Source: Paraspadella gotoi
Taxonomy: Eukaryota; Animalia; Chaetognatha
Direction: 5' to 3'
DNA length: 64,000 nucleotides
NCBI GenBank assembly: GCA_051294375.1
Contig: CM119267.1
Location: forward strand, 302,371 to 366,370
Numbering within the stretch: the first letter of the stretch is position 1; each line of letters begins with the position of its first letter. Shown one piece after another: positions 25,921 to 37,790 of the stretch. The notes under the pieces were generated by a model. The model searched no databases, was not told the DNA's origin, and saw only the letters and a program-made list of their open reading frames with translations. The position numbers were made by a program, and so were the translations under genes.

Positions 25921-28831
25921 ATGTTGTCAAATTGCATCTTTCGTTCTTCCCGTGGGCTACATATTAATTCTCTTCGATCTTCCATCAAAACACTTGCGTC
26001 ATGGACGCCAAGCTCAATTCCTCACTCAGGAAACAATCGAGGTCTCATTTTCAGATGTCGTCCTTTAATTTCTTCTCCCATCACCGCAAACCCGTCAATA
26101 AGCTCAGCCATTCTCTCCCGCTCACTAGTCTACTCGTCCAATCTTCCCCCAGTAGAAATCCCCGATGTGGATTTGTACAGTTTCGTCAAAGAGTCCTACT
26201 TGCGTCATCCTGAGGATAAACTTTTCATCAATGGAATCACTTTGGAATCTTGGACCGCGAGACGATTGATTCTAGCAGCGGAACGAGTTGCTGGAGTTCT
26301 GCAGAGATTAGGCTTCAAGCAAGGGGATAGTCTTCTGATTTTTGCGACCAACTGCCCGGAATATGCAGTTGTGTGTTTGGCCGCATTGTCGCTGGGAGGC
26401 GTCGTGTCTCCAGCTAATACGTCTTATGTTCCTTTACAGCTTCAATCGCAGGTATGTACGTATGTAATTTAACAAATGTATAAAGGATAAATTATTTCAT
26501 TGTTTTATCTTTCGCAAGATTGAAGTTTCCAAAGCATCGATCCTCGTCTTCACCTCCAACTTGACAACAACAGCGACGAAAGTCTTTCGTGATTCCGACC
26601 AACTCAAAGATCTTCTCGTCATAGATGGCGACGCAGGGAAAGACTTTGCGTCCCTGAAGGAACATATGGTCGACAGCGCCAATGCTGAATCGTCTAAGTT
26701 GGTGGCACCAAAACTAGATGCCGCCAATGCTACGGCTTTCCTTCCCTTCAGCAGCGGAACGACTGGTCTGCCAAAAGGCGTCATTTTGACTCACAGGAAC
26801 ATCGTGGCCAATCAAGTTCACCAGCTTCATGACGACTTTAAATCGGCGAGACCAGGCGAGCATAAAAATTACAGAGTTATCTAAAAATTGTTATCCTCCC
26901 ATTTTGTCTTCTTCGTCATCTTTGACAAATTTTTGATGGAACAAATTTTTGGGTTTTCCTCCCAAATGTCACAGAATTGCTTAGCAACCTTCAAATCATT
27001 CAGATATTACTTTCTGAGCCCGTTTTCTTTTATCCAAGTTTCTTTCCAACACCCATTCCTCTTTGACTTTCAATTCACTCCTTCAGGCGAATGCGTCTTA
27101 GGACTTCTCCCCTTCTACCACCTTTATGGTCTGTCGGTCATTCTCATCAACCTCACACTTCATCGCGCATGCGTCGTGACTCTTCCAGAATTCACGCCGG
27201 AATCCTTTCTCGGTGCAATTCAACGTCACCGCATTGGAGGTTCGAATATAAAGAGATTAGCTGATGTGGGATTTATCAAATAAAAAATTTTATCAGTTTG
27301 ATCAACAGTAATCAATATTTTTTTGTTTTCAGTGCTCTACATAGTCCCACCGCTCGTCATATTCCTGACCAAACATCCTCTTGTGGACAATTTTGACATT
27401 TCTTCGGTCAGGGTAGTTTTCTGCGGAGCTGCAGCGCTGGCGGAGGAGACGGAGGCGGCGCTGCGGTCCCGCTGCGGTCTGGAGGATCTGCGTCAGGTAT
27501 TGAGGAGGGGATTTATTTATTTAATTTATTTAATCTATATTATTTATTCTTTCTTTCCTTAGGGCTACGGTCTCACCGAGACTTCCCCAACCCTGACCAT
27601 GACTCCGCGCTGGCCTGAGATGCAACGCGCCGGCTCCAGCGGCGTCCTGCTGCAAAATACTGAGGCGCGGATCGTTAATGCGGAAACTGGAGAGGATTTG
27701 GAAAGAGAGGCTCAGGGTAAAAGGAGTAATAGGATAATAATAGGGCGTTAGGGTGGGTTAATAGAGTGAGTTAATCGGGCGGGAGGGTAGGTTATATTGA
27801 TAAACGTTCTTTGATTAATGGAGATAAAGATTTGGTTGAATAGAGAAAAAAGAGGAGTTGCAATTTAAAACCCATCTTTTAAAAACAGAAAATCATCTGT
27901 ACTAATATTCTTTCTTACCCCCAACATTTTTTTTACAAATGATTAAATTTATTAACTTATACACAAATACTTGAAAAATTACAAATTTTAAAAAAAAAAG
28001 ATTGAATTTAAACATCTTGTATTCGTTCATCACCAGGAGAAATTTGGGTTCGAGGTCCTCAAGTAATGAAGGGCTACTTGAACAATGAAGAGGCGACTGC
28101 TGCTTGTCTGGTGGACGGGTGGTTCCGGACGGGCGACTTGGGGTATTTTACTAAAGATGGACACCTTTATGTCACGGGTGAATGGATAATTATTATTTTT
28201 ACTTTTAAATTAATTAATATTTATGTTAATACTTAACCGGGTCAGATTCATTCCAATTTTAGTTCATTTTATCTTTTAAAAAATGATTTAACTCTTCGTG
28301 AACACAGTATTTAAGCTCAGATTATTAAATTTATAATAATAGATTATAATATAATACTATCCAGCCAACTATTAAAATGAAAGTTATATGGATACTAATT
28401 AATTAATTTAACAGCAATTAACATGCGCTTATTTAATTACTCTTTTTTTTATAATACCTGAATAAATAAATTAACTATTTAACTAATAATTAACCTTTAT
28501 TGACAAGCCTTCCTTTCCAGGTCGCCTCAAAGAATTGATCAAGTACAAAGGCCATCAAGTTCCTCCAGCAGAATTAGAGGCTGTGCTTCTCACTCATCCC
28601 GAGATCGCCGACGCCGCCGTCATCGGCGTCTCCGCGTCGGAGGAAGTGGGGGAGCTCCCCAAAGCCTTCGTGGTCTTGAAGGGCGGAGCAGAGGGCGTTG
28701 GGGAGGCGGAGTTGCATCGGTTCGTGGATGAGAGGGTCTCGCCGCAGATGAGGCTTCGTGGAGGGATCGAGTTTGTGGAGGGAATCCCGAAGACGCCTTC
28801 GGGAAAGATCTTGAGGAGGGAGTTGAGTTAA
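25921..28831 (+). CDS. Luciferase/4CL-like acyl-CoA synthetase, paralogue 4, copy b (cleanest model, 7 exons)
   Basis: Exons 25921-26451, 26519-26855, 27087-27239, 27333-27496, 27563-27716, 28037-28177, 28521-28831. Motifs [75 protein letters not shown]. Confidence 0.92.
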
Positions 28832-30257
28832 AGACTAGGGCGGAGTGAAAAAATTTGATTTTGTGGTAGTGAATTCGATCAAGAGAAGAGCAAGAATGAA
28901 TTTATTCTTCACTACCACAATTTCACAATAATCCAAATAAAATCATTCATAAAAAATATATTAATATAATATATTAAAATTAAAATTATTTGATAATATT
29001 ATTTTTTTATTTTTATAAAAAAAAATTGTTAATTTTATTTAAACGAATGCTTAGAAGGAACAATTCAAAAGTTTAAATTTTAAAAAAATTTAAATTTAAA
29101 TAAAATATTTTTTTGAAGTTTTTATACATAAATAGCTATTCAATAAATTAATTTTTTTAGTATATTCTGTTATCCAATGGATAACCCATATAAATTTTTA
29201 TCAAAAGCAGGTCGAAAGTTAAAAATTGCTAAAAAAGTTATCTGAAAAAAACTATTTTTATTTAATAGATTCCGTTGAATATATTACCATAAATATATAA
29301 ACCCGGAAAATGATTATTAAAAATATTATCCTTATAATATTAATATTAAAATTATTTTTATAAATAAGATATAAACTAACTTACCTTTGTGTCTTTGATC
29401 ACATCATTATAAAAAATAATAGGATGCTGGTTTTGGTTTTTTTTCCTTTAGTTGAGAGTTGTTGGCAATTATTTAATTATTATTTTTCTAGCAGAAAATT
29501 TTTTTTCTTAAATCCAACTCACTTATAAGAATTTAATATATTGGATTTTTTTACATCTGTGTAAATATAAAAAAAATATTATACATGTTTATTTTTTAAA
29601 TTTTAATCACTTCGTCCGAGTGAAGATGATGGAATTGATGCTACATAATCAACAAGAATTATCAAGTTTATAATTTATTCGAGGTTTTATTGTTTAACTA
29701 ATTTTTTTTTGCTTCGGCTAATCCAGGGAATTGAATTTATCTGAGATTATTGCTTAGGGAACATCGCTGGTTTAAATACTTTTACATTTTTTAAATTGCT
29801 CACTATTTTGTTTTGACCTTTTATTTTTGTTTGTTTTTTAAATATTTGATGAATTAATATGATTTCTGGTTTTGCTAATGACAATAACATGTGCCGCGTG
29901 CATTTATTATATCTTATCATAAAATATAATTTATTATTAAATAGTATTTTGATTAGAATAAAACAAACTTACCTTAATATTCATTGAAAGCGTTAATTAA
30001 AAGATAAAAAAGAAAGTAAATATTTCAATTAATTTTTTCTACAATTAGCTAAGTCAAACAAGAATAAAAAATAAATTCTGATTTGTACAGCTAAAGATAT
30101 GAGAGAAGCAGAATAATTGATTACTTATTCCGCGAACGAGCTTAGTATCCCACGTTACTAATTTCGAGTTTAAACAGTAAAGATGAAATATTTGCTAACC
30201 ATATATAAATCGCTAAAAAAATAAAATTAAATCGAGACCAAAAAAAACTAAATAAAG

Positions 30258-31193
30258 ATGTTTTTGTCAAAGCATTTGGGGTTTTTGTCTCCTCTGCTCG
30301 TTGTCGGACCCCAGTCACCTTCGCCGCCGACGCGCTTCACGACAAAAATGTCTCGCAAATCATCAACTTAAGCGGCATCGACTGTAGAAAGTCAAAAACG
30401 GGATTTTGCATGGCCATTCCAATCTGTGGCTCAGTTGCAGGGCGAAGAGTTGCAAGGTCAAAGTCATAGCTTATTTATTAAATAAATGGATAATCTTTAT
30501 AATGGTTGTACCAATTTCCTATCCTGTAAGAAGGATGTAGTTATGTAATTTTTCAGAGAGCTCATTCTAGTGTTTGAATTTAGGAAAGGTTTGAAATAGT
30601 TCAACAACGATTTTATTTGAGACAGTGGACATGTTTCGACTTTGATTCAAGCCTTCATCAGCACTAGAGTTTGAATTTGTAAAAATGATGTTTTATCTTT
30701 GCTTGCCATAAGGAAAAAGGAAAGTTTTAAATTAAAATTATTTATTAAGAAAACACGAACAGAAGTCTTCGAAATATTGTGTTAATCAATAAATAATTAT
30801 AATTTAAAACTTTCCTTTTCCCAGCGAAGACCAAAAATATTGCCAATTCAAAGGATGTAGTTTTGAATCGACAAAGTCTGGACGGTTCAGGTTTAGTTTA
30901 TTTTTAGAATTTAAATGTTTCAGGTTTCGTTTATTTTTAGAATTTAAATGTTTCAGGTTTCGTTTATTTTTAGAATTTAAATGTTTCCTTGTCTTTTGTT
31001 CTTCTCGCCACAATTGACTTTTACCATCAGACCACCTGCGGCACAAAAAAAGGACCCCGAATGAAATGCGGTAAAAACGGGAAGTGGGAGTCGCCGGCTC
31101 CACCACCCGGATGTCACGGGTTAAGGAGGTGGAAAGACATTCCGGATGTAATTCAAGACTGTAGAAAAGCGTCGAATGGAATGCCAGTTACTG
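30258..31193 (+). CDS. Two exons (~30258-30456, 31031-~31193) encoding a possible signal peptide and a Cys/Trp sushi(CCP)-like segment; possibly the 5' end of the SLC9C gene; mirrored at ~32195-31315 (-)
   Basis: MFLSKHLGVFVSS.LVVGP.VTFAADA... then DCRKSKTG; next exon TTCGTKKGPRMKCGKNGKWESPAPPPGC...DCRKA. Indels make the exon-1 frame uncertain. Confidence 0.5.
30624..30665 (-). ncRNA. Minimal type I hammerhead ribozyme (Penelope-like-element type)
   Basis: Minus strand reads AGTG-CTGATGA-A-GGCTT(gaatca)AAGTC-GAAAC-AT-GTC-CACT: intact core, stem I AGTG/CACT, stem II, palindromic ACATGT mini stem III, GUC cleavage triplet, AATAAA just downstream. Confidence 0.75.
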
Positions 31194-31783
31194 GTGGGAG
31201 AGAGANNNNNNNNNNNNNNNNNNNNNNNNNCCTTTGAAATTCTCTCTCTCTCTTCTCTCTCTCTCTCTCTCTCTCTCTCCTCTCTCTTCTCTCTCCTTTC
31301 ACTACTCGTCACCACCAGTACTGGCATTCCATTCGACGCTTTTCTACAGTCTTGAATTACATCCGGAATTCTTTCCACCTCCTTAACCCGTGACATCCGG
31401 GTGGTGGAGCCGGCGACTCCCACTTCCCGTTTTTACCGCATTTCATTCGGGGTCCTTTTTTTGTGCCGCAGGTGGTCTGATGGTAAAAGTCAATTGTGGC
31501 GAGAAGAACAAAAGACAAAACATTTAAATTCTAAAAATAAACGAAACCTGAAACATTATCTAAAACGTCCAGAAACTTTGGAACATTGTCGATTCAAAAA
31601 CTACATCCTTTGAATTGGCAATATTTTGGTCTTGCTGGGAAAAGGAAAGTTTTAAATTAAATTATTTATATTAACACAATATTTCGAAGACTTCTGTTTG
31701 TTTCTTAATAAATAATTTTAATTTAAAACTTTCCTTTTTCCTTATGGCAAGCAAAGATAAAACATATTACAAATTCAAACTCT

Positions 31784-31824
31784 AGTGCTGATGAAGCTTG
31801 AATCAAAGTCGAAACATGTCCACT
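31784..31824 (+). ncRNA. Mirror copy of the hammerhead ribozyme in the right palindrome arm
   Basis: AGTGCTGATGAAGCTTGAATCAAAGTCGAAACATGTCCACT (one G fewer than the left copy). Confidence 0.7.
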
Positions 31825-33615
31825 GTCTCAAAATAAAATCGTTGTTGAACATATTCAAACTTTTTTCCTAAATTCAAACTCAACCCAGAATGAGCTCCTG
31901 AAAAATTACATAACTACATCCTTCTTACAAGATAGGAAATTGGTACAACCATTATAAAGATTATCCATTTATTTAATAAATAAGCTATGACTTTGACCTT
32001 GCAACTGTCCCTGCAACTGAGCCACAGATGGAATGGCCATGCAAAATCCCGTTTTTGACTTTCTACAGTCGATGCCGCTTAAGTTGATGATTTGCGAGAC
32101 ATTTTTTGTCGTGAAGCGCGTCGGCGGCGAAGGTGACCGTGGGTCCGACAACGAGGCAGAGGAGACAAAAACCCCAAATGCTTTGACAAAAACATTTTTA
32201 TTTAGTTTTTTTTTGGTCTCGATTTAATTTTATTTTTTTAGCGATTTATATATGGTTAGCAAATATTTCATCTTTACTGTTTAAACTGAAATTTAGTAAC
32301 GTGGGATACTAAGCTCGTTCGCGGAATAAGTAATCAATTATTCTGCTTCTCTCATATCTTTAGCTGTACAAATCAGAATTTATTTTTTTATTCTTGTTTG
32401 ACTTAGCTAATGTAGAAAAAAATAATTGAAATATTTTACTGTTCTTCTTTTATTTTTAATTAACGCTTTCAATGAATATTAAGGTAAGTTTGTTTTATTC
32501 TAATCAAAATACTATTTTAATAATAAATTATATTTTATGATAAGATATAATAAATGCACGCGGCACATGTTATTGTCATTAGCAAAACCAGAAATCATAT
32601 TAATTCATCAAATATTTAAAAAACAAACAAAATAAAGTCAAAACAAAATAGTGAGCAATTTAAAAAATGTAAAAGTATTTAAACCAGCGATGTTTCCCTA
32701 AGCAATAATCTCAGATAAATTCAATTCCCTGGATTAGCCGAAGCAAAAAAAATTAGTTAAACAATAAAACCTCGAATAAATTAAACTTGATAATTCTTGT
32801 TGATTATGTAGCATCAATTCCATCATCTTCACTCGGACGAAGTGATTAAAATTTAAAAAATAAACATGTTATAATATTTTTTTTATATTTACACAGATGT
32901 AAAAAAATCCAAATATATTAAATTCTTATAAGTAGTTGGATTTAAGAAAAAAAATTTTCTGCTAGAAAAATAATAATTAAATAATCCAACAACTCTCAAC
33001 TAAAGGAAAAAAAACCAAAACCAGCATCTATTATTTTTTATAATGATGTGATCAAAGACACAAAGGTAAGTTAGTTTATATCTTATTTTATAAAATAATT
33101 TTAATATTAATATTATAAGGATAATATTTTTAATAATCATTTTCCGGTTTATATATTTATGGTAATATATTCAACGGAATCTATTAATAAAAATAGTTTT
33201 TTTCAGATAACTTTTTTAGCAATTTTTAACTTTCGACCTGCTTTTGATAAAAATTTATATGGGTTATCCATTGGATAACAGAATATACTAAAAAAATTAA
33301 TTTATTGAATAGCTATTTATGTATAAAAACTTCAAAAAATATTTTATTTAATTTAAATTTTTTTAAAATTTAAACTTTTGAATTGTTCCTTCTAAGCATT
33401 CGTTTAAATAAAATTAACAATTTTTTTTTATAAAAATAAAAAATAATATTATCAAATAATTTTAATTTTAATATATTATATTAATATATTTTTTTATAAA
33501 TGATTTTATTTGGATTATTGTGAAATTGTGGTAGTGAAGAATAAATTCATTCTTGCTCTTCTCTTGATCGAATTCACTACCACAAAAATCAAATTTTTTC
33601 ACTCCGCCCTAGTCT

Positions 33616-36502
33616 TTAACTCAACTCCCTCCTCAAGATCTTTCCCGAAGGCGTCTTCGGGATTCCCTCCACAAACTCGATCCCTCCACGAAGCCTCATC
33701 TGCGGCGAGACCCTCTCATCCACGAACCGATGCAACTCCGCCTCCCCAACGCCTTCTGCTCCGCCCTTCAAGACCACGAAGGCTTTGGGGAGCTCCCCCA
33801 CTTCCTCCGACGCGAAGACGCCGATGACGGCGGCGTCGGCGATCTCGGGATGAGTGAGAAGCACAGCCTCTAATTCTGCTGGAGGAACTTGATGGCCTTT
33901 GTACTGATATAATTCTTTGAGGCGACCTGGAAAGGAAGGCTTGTCAATAAAGGTTAATTATTAGTTATAATAGTTAATTTATTTATTCAGGTATTATAAA
34001 AAAAGAGTAATTAAATAGCGCATGTTAATTGCTGTTAAATTAATTATTAGTATCCATATAACTTTCATTTTAATAGTTGGCTGGATAGTATTATATTATA
34101 ATCTATTATTTTAAATTTAATAATCTGAGCTTAAATACTGTGTTCACGAAGAGTTAAATCTTTTTTAAAAGATAAAATGAACTAAATTTGGAATGAATCT
34201 GACCGGTTAAGTATTAACATAAATATTAATTAATTTAAAAGTAAAAATAATAATTATCCATTCACCCGTGACATAAAGGTGTCCATCTTTAGTAAAATAC
34301 CCCAAGTCGCCCGTCCGGAACCACCCGTCCACCAGACAAGCAGCAGTCGCCTCTTCATTGTTCAAGTAGCCCTTCATTACTTGAGGACCATCGAACCCAA
34401 ATTTCTCCTGGTGATGAACGAATACAAGATGTTTAAATTAATCTTTTTTTTTTAAATTTGTAATTTTCAAGTATTTGTGTATAAGTTAATAAATTTAATC
34501 ATTTGTAAAAAAAATGTTGGGGGTAAGAAAGAATATTAGTACAGATGATTTTCTGTTTTTAAAAGATGGGTTTTAAATTGCAACTCCTCTTTTTTCTCTA
34601 TTCAACCAAATCTTTATCTCCATTAATCAAAGAACGTTTATCAATATAACCTACCCTCCCGCCCGATTAACTATCTACCTATTAACCCACCCTAACGCAC
34701 CTATTATTATCCTATTACTCCTTTTACCCTGAGCCTCTCTTTCCAAATCCTCTCCAGTTTCCGCATTAACGATCCGCGCCTCAGTATTTTGCAGCAGGAC
34801 GCCGCTGGAGCCGGCGCGTTGCATCTCAGGCCAGCGCGGAGTCATGGTCAGGGTTGGGGAAGTCTCGGTGAGACCGTAGCCCTAAGGAAAGAAAGAATAA
34901 ATAATATAGATTAAATAAATTAAATAAATAAATCCCCTCCTCAATACCTTAGACGCAGATCCTCCAGACCGCAGCGGGACCGCAGCGCCGCCTCCGTCTC
35001 CTCCGCCAGCGCTGCAGCTCCGCAGAAAACTACCCTGACCGAAGAAATGTCAAAATTGTCCACAAGAGGATGTTTGGTCAGGAATATGACGAGCGGTGGG
35101 ACTATGTAGAGCACTGAAAACAAAAAAATATTGATTACTGTTGATCAAACTGATAAAATTTTTTATTTGATAAATCCCACATCAGCTAATCTCTTTTATT
35201 GAACCTCCAATGCGGTGACGTTGAATTGCACCGAGAAAGGATTCCGGCGTGAATTCTGGAAGAGTCACGACGCATGCGCGATGAAGTGTGAGGTTGATGA
35301 GAATGACCGACAGACCATAAGGTGGTAGAAGGGGAGAAGTCCTAAGACGCATTCGCCTGAAGGAGTGAATTGAAAGTCAAAGAGGACTGGGTGTTGGAAA
35401 GAAACTTGGATAAAAGAAAACGGGCTCAGAAAGTAATATCTGAATGATTTGAAGTTGCTAAGCAATTCTGTGACATTTGGAGGAAAACCCAAAAATTTGT
35501 TCCATCAAAAATTTGTCAAAGATGACGAAGAAGACAAAATGGGAGGATAACAATTTTTAGATAACTCTGTAATTTTTATGCTCGCCTGGTCTCGCCGATT
35601 TAAAGTCGTCATGAAGCTGGTGAACTTGATTGGCACGATGTTCCTGTGAGTCAAAATGACGCCTTTTGGCAGACCAGTCGTTCCGCTGCTGAAGGGAAGG
35701 AAAGCCGTAGCATTGGCGGCATCTAGTTTTGGTGCCACCAACTGAGACGATTCAGCATTGGCGCTGTCGACCATATGTTCCTTCAGGGACGCAAAGTCTT
35801 TCCCTGCGTCGCCATCTATGACGAGAAGATCTTTGAGTTGGTCGGAATCACGAAAGACTTTCGTCGCTGTTGTTGTCAAGTTGGAGGTGAAGACGAGGAT
35901 CGATGCTTTGGAAACTTCAATCTTGCGAAAGATAAAACAATGAAATAATTTATCCTTTATACATTTGTTAAATTACATACATACTGCGATTGAAGCTGTA
36001 AAGGAACATAAGACGTATTAGCTGGAGACACGACGCCTCCCAGCGACAATGCGGCCAAACACACAACAGCATATTCGGGCAGTTGGTCGCAAAAATCAGA
36101 AGACTATCCCCTTGCTTGAAGCCTAATCTCTGCAGAACTCCAGCAACTCGTTCGCTGCTAGAATCAATCCTCGCGGTCCAAGATTCCAAAGTGATTCCAT
36201 TGAGAAAAGTTTATCCTCAGGATGACGCAAGTAGGACTCTTTGACGAAACTGTACAAATCCACATCGGGATTTCTACTGGGGAAGATTGGAACGAGTAGA
36301 CAGTGAGCGGGGAGAATGGCTGAGCTTATTGACGGTTTGCGGTGATGGGAGAAGAAATTAAAGGACGACATCTGAAATGAACCTCGATTGTTTCCTGAGT
36401 GAGGAATTGAGCTTGGCGTCCATGACGCAAGTGTTTTGATGAAGATCGAAGAGAATTAATATGTAGCCCACGGGAAGAACGAAAGATGCAATTTGACAAC
36501 AT
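33616..36502 (-). CDS. Paralogue 4, copy c (inverted arm; scattered 1-bp deletions)
   Basis: Reverse complement of 25921-28831; the ORF track gives the same peptides. Confidence 0.75.
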
Positions 36503-36835
36503 CTGTGTAAAACGTATAAAATGAAAAACAAAATAGCAAACAAATTCGCTTACTACACGTAATAAATTGTAATAAACAATATTCGGAGAAACAACAATAT
36601 ATTGAGAGCCAATTTTCAATTAAAAAATGTGTGTCTATGTGTATTTCATTACATATTACAACAGCCCCATCGCAAAGAAAGAGAATAATCTATATCATAA
36701 AATGAAACACTTATTATTACAGAAATTGTAACAATCAATAGGTATCATGGTCAGGATTTAAAACGTTGGGTAGACATGGGAATTATACAAAATTAGAAAA
36801 TCTATAAATCTACAACACTATAATAATTAAGAGCT

Positions 36836-37790
36836 ACCAATGCCTTTATTACTAAAATGTTTTTTTTTTCACTTAAGTTTCCTCTTAAGATTTTTCCCGA
36901 AGATGACCTCGGAATTTTATCCAAGAACTGCACTCCGCCTCGCAACCTCATATGTGACATTATTCTTTGATTCATGAATTCTTGAACATGAGCTTCGTCA
37001 ACATTTTTTACCCCATCTCTCAGAACAATGAATGCTTTAGGCAGTTCTCCTACATCCTCTGAAGCATTTACTCCAACAACAGCAGCAATCAACAACATCA
37101 GGATGCGTCAAGAGAAGCGATTCCAACTCCACCGGGCAATTTGATGTCCTTTGTACTTGATCATTTCCTTTAAAACGCCCAGTAATATAAAGTTGACCTT
37201 CGGATGAAAACCGTCCAATATCTCCCGTTTGAAACCAACTTCTACAAAACTTTCTTCCGATGCCCTCGTATTGTTCAAATAGCCTTTCATAATTTGTGGG
37301 CCTCGTACCAAAATCTCACCTTGTTCCTCTTCATTTGCATCTCGACCCGTTTCTGGATTCACAATTCGTGCTTCCGTGTTCTGCACTAAAATTCCACTCG
37401 AGCCTGGGAGCTGCATCCTCGGACAAGAAGACATTGCTGTCACAATTGATGACGTTTCTGTTAACCCGTAACCTTGACGATGATCAATAATATTGCATCG
37501 TTGTTTGAACATAGATTCTTCATCGGCGCTCAATGGTGCAGCACCACAAAAAATTGTACGAATGGAAGACACGTCATAGTCATCAACCAGAGGATTCTTG
37601 GCTAGGAAAATTACAAGAGTTGGAACAAGATGCATCACCGTTATGCGGTGTAATTGGATGGCAGAAAGAAATGAGGCCGGCTTAAAAGCTGGAAGAGTAA
37701 CGACGCATACATGATGGAGAGTCAAATTGAAAAGGACTTCAAACAAGCCGTAGACATGGTAGAAAGGTAGAAGGCCCATTATGCATTCAT
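36836..37790 (-). CDS. Paralogue 3 terminal exon, copy c (inverted arm; upstream exons absent)
   Basis: Reverse complement of 24631-25589 with a few indels. Confidence 0.75.

Larger units (their letters stand above)
15368..29205 (+). repeat. ~6.5-7 kb direct duplication (15368-21905 vs 21945/22269-29205) spanning paralogues 3 and 4
   Basis: Intronic and intergenic sequence is near-identical; the junction lies at an N-gap (21920-21944). Confidence 0.9.

Noticed and set aside
4990-28831. Calling these genes true luciferases or horizontally transferred bacterial genes
   Set aside because: Motifs cannot separate luciferase from acyl-CoA ligase activity; the genes have spliceosomal introns and no phylogeny could be run.
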